DNA from: a virus
IMG/VR virus record: IMGVR_UViG_3300045581_000334
Span: 1 to 64,000 of that record
DNA: 64,000 nucleotides
Strand: one strand, 5' to 3'
The notes beneath the pieces were generated by a model. The model saw only the letters and a program-made list of their open reading frames with translations, was not told the DNA's origin and did no database searches. Numbering within the stretch: position 1 is the stretch's first letter; each line of letters starts with the position of its first letter. This document shows, in pieces, positions 58,928-64,000 of the stretch. A program made the translations under genes and the position numbers.

Positions 58928-59692
58928 CTAGCAAGGGTAGTTTCCTCCTCCGCCTCCGCAAGATCTGACATCTGAAGTTATGCATGACCCAAATCCTATA
59001 AATGTAGGAGAGGAACATATTTGATATGTTCCATCTGAACAAAGTTTCCTGGTTCCCTCATAAATTCCTTGATATGAGTCCTCGCCATTACATGTAGGAA
59101 TAATAACTTGATATGGCTCGCAATTTCCACAACTAAAAGATTGGAATGATGGTGGGAAGAATGGCGGGAAGAATGGGAATGATGGTGGGAAGAATGGCGG
59201 GAAGAATGGGAATGATGGTGGGAAGAATGGCGGGAAGAATGGGAATGATGGTGGGAAGAATGGCGGGAAGAATGGGAATGATGGTGGGAAGAATGGTGGG
59301 AAGAATGGGAATGATGGTGGGAAGAATGGCGGGAAGAACGGTGCAAAGTAAGGTGGGAAGAACGGCGGGAAGAATGGGAAGTACGGCGGGAAGAACGGTG
59401 GGAAGAACGGGAAGAATGGGAAGAACGGTGGGAAGAACGGCGGGAAGAATGGAGGCGCTACATATCTATAATAGACAAAAGGAACAGTATCTCCCAATAA
59501 AGAAACTGAGTTTTCTGAAACTCCTTGACTTTGAATTAAATTATCAAGATTAATATTTGCAGTATCTATATATGATTCTGTATAATTTAACCCTAAAGAA
59601 TTTAAATCGTTTTTAGCTTGAGACCTAGATTTTCCAGATAAATTTGGAACATTTCTTTTTCTTCTTCCGTGTCTACCAAATAGACTAAACAT
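58928..59692 (-). CDS. PASTA-(Pro/Phe repeat)-Cys-rich protein (PF protein 3)
   Basis: VPNLSGKS..QA...L...GL........I.SQ.......G..V (PASTA), a 104-aa PF tract, and an 8-Cys C-terminal tail. Confidence 0.75.
   Translation of the reverse strand: MFSLFGRHGRRKRNVPNLSGKSRSQAKNDLNSLGLNYTESYIDTANINLDNLIQSQGVSENSVSLLGDTVPFVYYRYVAPPFFPPFFPPFFPFFPFFPPFFPPYFPFFPPFFPPYFAPFFPPFFPPSFPFFPPFFPPSFPFFPPFFPPSFPFFPPFFPPSFPFFPPFFPPSFPFFPPFFPPSFQSFSCGNCEPYQVIIPTCNGEDSYQGIYEGTRKLCSDGTYQICSSPTFIGFGSCITSDVRSCGGGGGNYPC
59144..59455 (-). repeat. Coding tandem repeat (PPFF/PFF/PPSF)n, 104 aa, with a higher-order 33-bp unit PFFPPFFPPSF
   Basis: Direct reading of the sequence. Confidence 0.97.
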
Positions 59693-59693
59693 A

Positions 59694-61685
59694 TCATACG
59701 CTCAAATCGCCCATGGCGACCCAAGAATTTAATGCTCTTTTCACCAGGGTTGCTGAACTCCATTTAGCTCTCAATTTCAATCCAGGAGTTGCGTCTATGG
59801 TAAATCCAGATCCTCTAAGAGTAACCTGAGAATCACCTGTTTGTAATATATTAACCGTAAACCCTACTGCAAATGAAGATGAGTCTACTATGTCTAAAAA
59901 TCCTCCGCCAGACATTTCAATAAGTTTTCCTAAATCTCCAGGAACAACAATATAGGTTGCTGCCTGTGGATTTCTTACTGTAAGCTTATCAAGCTTAGTG
60001 TCAAGTGCTGTTTGTGTGGCAGTTGAAACTGGTTTGTTAGCATCAGATGTATTGTCTACATTTTCAAGACCAACCATTGATTTTGTAATTCCAGAAACTG
60101 TACCAGTAAAGGTCGGAGAAGATAGTGGAGCATAAGTAGCAATTGCGTTGGATTGAGTCAAGTATGTAGAAGAAGCTAAAGAAGAATCTAATTTATTTCC
60201 TATAGCATTACTTATTGTTGTAGCGTAATTAGGATCATCTCCTAATGCTGCCGCCAACTCATTAAGAGTATTTAAAGTTTCTGGAGCGGAGTCTACAAGA
60301 TTAGATATTGCAGTATTGACATAAGTTTCAGTAGCATATCCAGTCAAGCTAGGTATTACTGGCTTATCCGTTAAATCATTATAGCTAGTTATAATCTCTG
60401 TATCTCTTGCAATTGAATCTGGAATTTGAATGTCTGGTATCTTTGCGTTTCCGTCTAATGTTGCAACTCCATCTTGAACTCCTCTTTGGGATAATGGAAT
60501 AAACTCACCAGTTGTATTAGACAAGTTAAATGCTAAGTCGTCTAATTGTTCTTGAACTGAACTTGTTGTGCCGCTTAGTCTTTCTACATCTATAGATGTT
60601 AAATTAGCAGAAGGTAGAGTGTGCCACTCTGTATCATAATCGATTGCAGAAGATTTTATTAAAAATTGTCCAGCAGTTCCACCTTCTGATACGCCTGGTC
60701 CAGATTCACCTTGAATGCCTTGTGGGCCTTGTAAACCTTGCTCACCCTGAATTCCTTGTGGCCCTTGTAATCCTTGCTCACCCTGAATTCCTTGTTGACC
60801 TTGAATACCTTGTGGACCAGGTTCGCCTTGCTCTCCTTGAATACCTTGTGGACCCTGGTCTCCTTGTGGACCCTGAATTCCTTGTAATCCTTGTGGTCCA
60901 ATTTCTCCTTGTATCCCTTGAGGTCCCTGTGGGCCAACTTCACCCTGAATACCTTGTTCTCCTTGGATTCCTTGCGGTCCTTGAGGTCCTTGTGGTCCAA
61001 CAATTTGTCCAACATTATTCCATAGAGATCCGTCCCAAACATAAAGATCTCCGTTATCTTGATTAATATAACTATCACCAATTACATTACCTGTATTAGG
61101 TAAAGAGGTTTCATTAGTTACAGATCCCTTTAATACTATAGATGTTCCAGCAGAGCCTTGTATTCCTTGCTCTCCCTGAATTCCTTGTGGTCCTTGAGGT
61201 CCCTGTGGGCCAACTTCACCCTGAATACCTTGTGGGCCCTGAATGCCTTGTGGACCAGATTCACCTTGTTCGCCTTGAATTCCTTGCGGTCCTTGAATTC
61301 CTTGTAATCCTTGTGGTCCCTGTAAACCTTGTTCACCTTGTGGCCCCTGCGGTCCTGGTATTCCTTGAGTGCCACCTGCTGGTCCCGCTGGACCTGCTGG
61401 GCCTTCTGGACCAAGGGAAACTTCTACCCAGTATGTGCCATCATAAACATAAAGTTTAGCGTCATCATTGTCGTACCAGATTTTTCCTTCATAAGATATT
61501 TCTGGAGATGGCAGTGTTGAACTTACATGTGCAAATGCTTGTGCACCTAAATCCTGCCATTGATTTCCTGAGTAATATCTTGCTTTTTGAGATACTGTAT
61601 TAAAATACAGATCTCCCTCAGAGGCAGATAAAGGGTCAAACTCTAGTCCAGATAAGTTTAATGGGACTTTAAATTTACGAGCCAC
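59694..61685 (-). CDS. Collagen-like fibre protein
   Basis: Two (G-X-Q)n tracts, LNTLNELAAALGDDPNY, VGL.NVDNTSDANKPVS, and a C-terminal PGLKLR..SSATL.K...N.W...GDL domain. Confidence 0.85.
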   Translation of the reverse strand: MARKFKVPLNLSGLEFDPLSASEGDLYFNTVSQKARYYSGNQWQDLGAQAFAHVSSTLPSPEISYEGKIWYDNDDAKLYVYDGTYWVEVSLGPEGPAGPAGPAGGTQGIPGPQGPQGEQGLQGPQGLQGIQGPQGIQGEQGESGPQGIQGPQGIQGEVGPQGPQGPQGIQGEQGIQGSAGTSIVLKGSVTNETSLPNTGNVIGDSYINQDNGDLYVWDGSLWNNVGQIVGPQGPQGPQGIQGEQGIQGEVGPQGPQGIQGEIGPQGLQGIQGPQGDQGPQGIQGEQGEPGPQGIQGQQGIQGEQGLQGPQGIQGEQGLQGPQGIQGESGPGVSEGGTAGQFLIKSSAIDYDTEWHTLPSANLTSIDVERLSGTTSSVQEQLDDLAFNLSNTTGEFIPLSQRGVQDGVATLDGNAKIPDIQIPDSIARDTEIITSYNDLTDKPVIPSLTGYATETYVNTAISNLVDSAPETLNTLNELAAALGDDPNYATTISNAIGNKLDSSLASSTYLTQSNAIATYAPLSSPTFTGTVSGITKSMVGLENVDNTSDANKPVSTATQTALDTKLDKLTVRNPQAATYIVVPGDLGKLIEMSGGGFLDIVDSSSFAVGFTVNILQTGDSQVTLRGSGFTIDATPGLKLRAKWSSATLVKRALNSWVAMGDLSV
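60690..61410 (-). repeat. Collagen-like GPQ/GIQ/GEQ repeats (two tracts)
   Basis: 9-bp periodic units. Confidence 0.92.
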
Positions 61686-61695
61686 TATTAAACTC

Positions 61696-63150
61696 CTATC
61701 CGATTACTACTACTCTATACTCTCCAGCTGAAGGTGCTACAGCAAATTTAATAGTTACCGCCGACGTTGAAGTGTGTTCAACATCTGCTTCTATTTGGGC
61801 ATATGGAGAAGCAACCTCATAAATTTGAACAACAACATCTTTTGTGCCGAGGTTGTGTGTTACTGTATATGTTGTAGCTGATGTGCTAAGTGTTTCTTTA
61901 TATTTTCTTGTTATCTCGTGATAGTTTGTTCCATCATTTGATAATGTCCACTGATCAGATGTTTCATTCCAAAGGATCTGTACATCGTCTTCTGTGCCTC
62001 TATGAACCTTTATGCCTGCATCTACAGAGGGAGCCTGAGTATGAGGCATATCGCTATTCAAATTAATTATATTGTCTGATATATTAACCTGAGTAGTATT
62101 TACAGAGTTAATAGAGCCTGTTACATTTAAGCTTCCATTAACTTGAAGGTTTCCGCCTATTGTTGTATCTCCAGTAACGTCTAACCCACCATTTAGGTCA
62201 GTAGATCCTGTTACTTCAAGATTGGATACTGCAGTAACTTCACCATTAAATGTGGCTGTGCCATCAACAACAATAGACGAATTGAATGTGGCTGCACCAG
62301 TTACGTCTAAAGTGCTTGCAAAGTCTGCTGCTCCTGTAACATCTAATGTTCCAGAAACATCTGAGTTTCCATTTAAATCGAGATTTCCATTAATTTGAAC
62401 ATCATCATTAAATGTTGATGTTGAGTTGGCTGTAAATATTCCATTAACAGTAGAAGTAGAATTTGCTGTTACTGCACCATCAAATTGAGATGATCCATCT
62501 ACCTCTAAAGTAGAATCAAGTTTTACAGCTCCACCAACATCTAAAGTACCTGTTGTTATGTCAACATTTCCATTTAATGATGTATTTCCAGAAACTGTAA
62601 GTGTATTATTTAGTGTTGTTGCGCCATCAACATCTAGTGTTGATTGTAATTCTGTTGCACCATCAACATGTAATGTGCTATTTAAGTTTGCAGAACCATT
62701 TAATGTAGTTCCACCCGTAACTTCTAAAGTTCCGCCAATGTCTACATTGCCAGTTGTGTCTAATGTATCAGCATCAATATTTGTTACATTAAGTTGCGAT
62801 GGAAGAGAAAGGGTTGCATCTCCATTAGCAGCTTTTGTAACAGTAATTTGATTTGCTGTGCCAATAATATCGGCAACATCATGCTTATGATCAGCATGTG
62901 CAACATAAGGTGAAGATCCATGACTTACAGAATCTCCAAATTTTATTCTAGTTGTATAATTACTATCTCCAAAATCACCAGAGGCTGTTAGCCATTCTGT
63001 TCCATTCCAAAAATATAAAAGATTATCGTTTGAGTTATAATAAATTTGACCAGTAACTGGATTGCTTGGTGCAGTTCCTAAGTTCTGGATTCTGGCATTG
63101 AGTAGTTCATTCTTATTTAGGTCAATGCTAACCAAAAATTTTCTTGCCAT
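61696..63150 (-). CDS. Fibre protein with beta-helix/solenoid repeats
   Basis: 12-aa periodic TL.V.G....(N/S) repeats; C-terminal THNLG domain. Confidence 0.75.
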   Translation of the reverse strand: MARKFLVSIDLNKNELLNARIQNLGTAPSNPVTGQIYYNSNDNLLYFWNGTEWLTASGDFGDSNYTTRIKFGDSVSHGSSPYVAHADHKHDVADIIGTANQITVTKAANGDATLSLPSQLNVTNIDADTLDTTGNVDIGGTLEVTGGTTLNGSANLNSTLHVDGATELQSTLDVDGATTLNNTLTVSGNTSLNGNVDITTGTLDVGGAVKLDSTLEVDGSSQFDGAVTANSTSTVNGIFTANSTSTFNDDVQINGNLDLNGNSDVSGTLDVTGAADFASTLDVTGAATFNSSIVVDGTATFNGEVTAVSNLEVTGSTDLNGGLDVTGDTTIGGNLQVNGSLNVTGSINSVNTTQVNISDNIINLNSDMPHTQAPSVDAGIKVHRGTEDDVQILWNETSDQWTLSNDGTNYHEITRKYKETLSTSATTYTVTHNLGTKDVVVQIYEVASPYAQIEADVEHTSTSAVTIKFAVAPSAGEYRVVVIG

Positions 63151-63162
63151 TTTTCACTCCCT

Positions 63163-63597
63163 TTAAGACAGATGTGCTGTCCCTGAAAACGGCTGTGCCA
63201 TTATCAGTGTAATTGTATTAAGACTATTATAGTCTATTCCCGTTTCTAATATGTCGCCAGAGCTAGACTTAACTGTTACATTTGGGTGGAACCCTAAATT
63301 ATGGGATATAGCTATTTTATAAACATCCCCATCTAACACCAATTGAGCCATTTCCCATGAGGCTGTCAAGGATATCTGCTTATCTAAAATAAAGCTATTA
63401 GATATATTCCAAGTATTTGTAGAAGAATCTTTAGGACCCCAGAATCTAGTAGTGGTTTTATCAAAATAGAAGTCTCCAGGAACCCCAAGAGAATTGGATG
63501 GGTTTCCCTCTCCGCTAATAATTGTTCGTCCTGGTGCACCAGAAGCCCTGACAACTACTAAGGGGTTATCTTCGTTTACTATTAACCGTGTTCCCAT
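63163..63597 (-). CDS. Small virion protein
   Basis: G.G.P....G..GDFY.D....FWGPK and SHNLG motifs. Confidence 0.65.
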   Translation of the reverse strand: MGTRLIVNEDNPLVVVRASGAPGRTIISGEGNPSNSLGVPGDFYFDKTTTRFWGPKDSSTNTWNISNSFILDKQISLTASWEMAQLVLDGDVYKIAISHNLGFHPNVTVKSSSGDILETGIDYNSLNTITLIMAQPFSGTAHLS

Positions 63598-63941
63598 TAA
63601 ATTGTCACCGCTCTATTTAAAGTCATATATCCTTCTAAAAGTCTTGTCTTATTTACACTTGGGTCAATTAAAATTAAATCATATGCTGATTTTGGATAAA
63701 ACATTTTATTAGTTCTGTCTGCTGATATAGAAATTGAAAGTTTTCCTTCTGTAGGGCTTATTGTTATTCCGTCGGATTCTGTTAATGTAAAAGCTATTTT
63801 TTTTCCACCCTGAGTATCTCTTACCTGCATTTTTGCTGTATGAAAATTAAGCTGTATCGGGTTCTCATCTTCATCAAGATATTGAACCTCAAAATTAAAA
63901 GTTGCATTTTGATCAACTTGAAAATTTTTCTGTGCAGCCAT
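63597..63941 (-). CDS. Virion structural protein (BppU-N-like adaptor)
   Basis: DQ.ATF......AKMQVR......G.......YDL......R.LEG pattern. Confidence 0.6.
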   Translation of the reverse strand: MAAQKNFQVDQNATFNFEVQYLDEDENPIQLNFHTAKMQVRDTQGGKKIAFTLTESDGITISPTEGKLSISISADRTNKMFYPKSAYDLILIDPSVNKTRLLEGYMTLNRAVTI

Positions 63942-63963
63942 TTAGTACCCCTAAAATAGGAAA

Positions 63964-63992
63964 ACTCCCATGCTCAATTTTAGCATAGGAGT
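63964..63992 (-). terminator. Hairpin with T-tract that also contains a TGCTAAAAT -10-like element
   Basis: ACTCCTATGCT-AAAATTG-AGCATGGGAGT followed by TTTCCTATTTT. Confidence 0.55.
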
Positions 63993-64000
63993 AATCCTAA

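Noticed and set aside
58996-59346. His/Ser-rich minus-strand ORF (HSSHHH repeats), a possible metal-binding protein
   Set aside because: Alternative frame of PF protein 3. The PF frame is the one continuous with PASTA and matches the other two loci; no start signal or slippery site was seen.
60644-61520. Alternative-frame ORFs over the collagen tracts
   Set aside because: Stop-poor shadows of the G-X-Q repeats.
1-64000. tRNA, rRNA, integrase/transposase genes or stop-codon reassignment
   Set aside because: Intergenic gaps are short and none showed a recognisable cloverleaf or mobile-element signature by eye. ORFs are intact under the standard code.

Overview
A 64-kb AT-rich segment of a large tailed (siphovirus-like) bacteriophage genome. 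Every credible gene is on the minus strand. In transcription order (high to low coordinates) the window holds: (i) a block of fibre and decoration genes (52.5-64 kb); (ii) a ~13-kb island of tailoring and metabolic enzymes (38.3-51.1 kb) with seven 2OG-Fe(II) oxygenases, three related 'KxCxP' proteins, a radical SAM-SPASM/Twitch enzyme, a TylF-type O-methyltransferase, an SDR, a PLP trans-sulfuration enzyme, an IMPDH/GMPR-family enzyme, and degenerate Dps-like and sulfotransferase-like genes; (iii) portal, protease/scaffold, HK97-type capsid, neck, major tail, frameshifting tail chaperones, a 3092-aa tape measure and tail-tip genes; (iv) a replication block with DnaB, DnaG, SSB and the first codons of a probable DnaE. 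PASTA, CHAP and LysM domains plus many leaderless TGnTATAAT promoters suggest an actinobacterial host (inference). The most unusual element is three otherwise unrelated proteins that each carry a 60-137 residue tract of almost pure Pro/Phe (PPFF/PFF repeats). Each is encoded directly behind a fibre gene. One is fused to a C-terminal Hint domain and is the gene immediately upstream of the oxygenase/rSAM/methyltransferase island. This is a candidate phage-encoded post-translational modification system for virion tip proteins, or a RiPP-like pathway. The tape measure also appears to carry motif-delimited cargo modules, one of them kinase-like. All family assignments come from motif recognition by eye; no searches were run.
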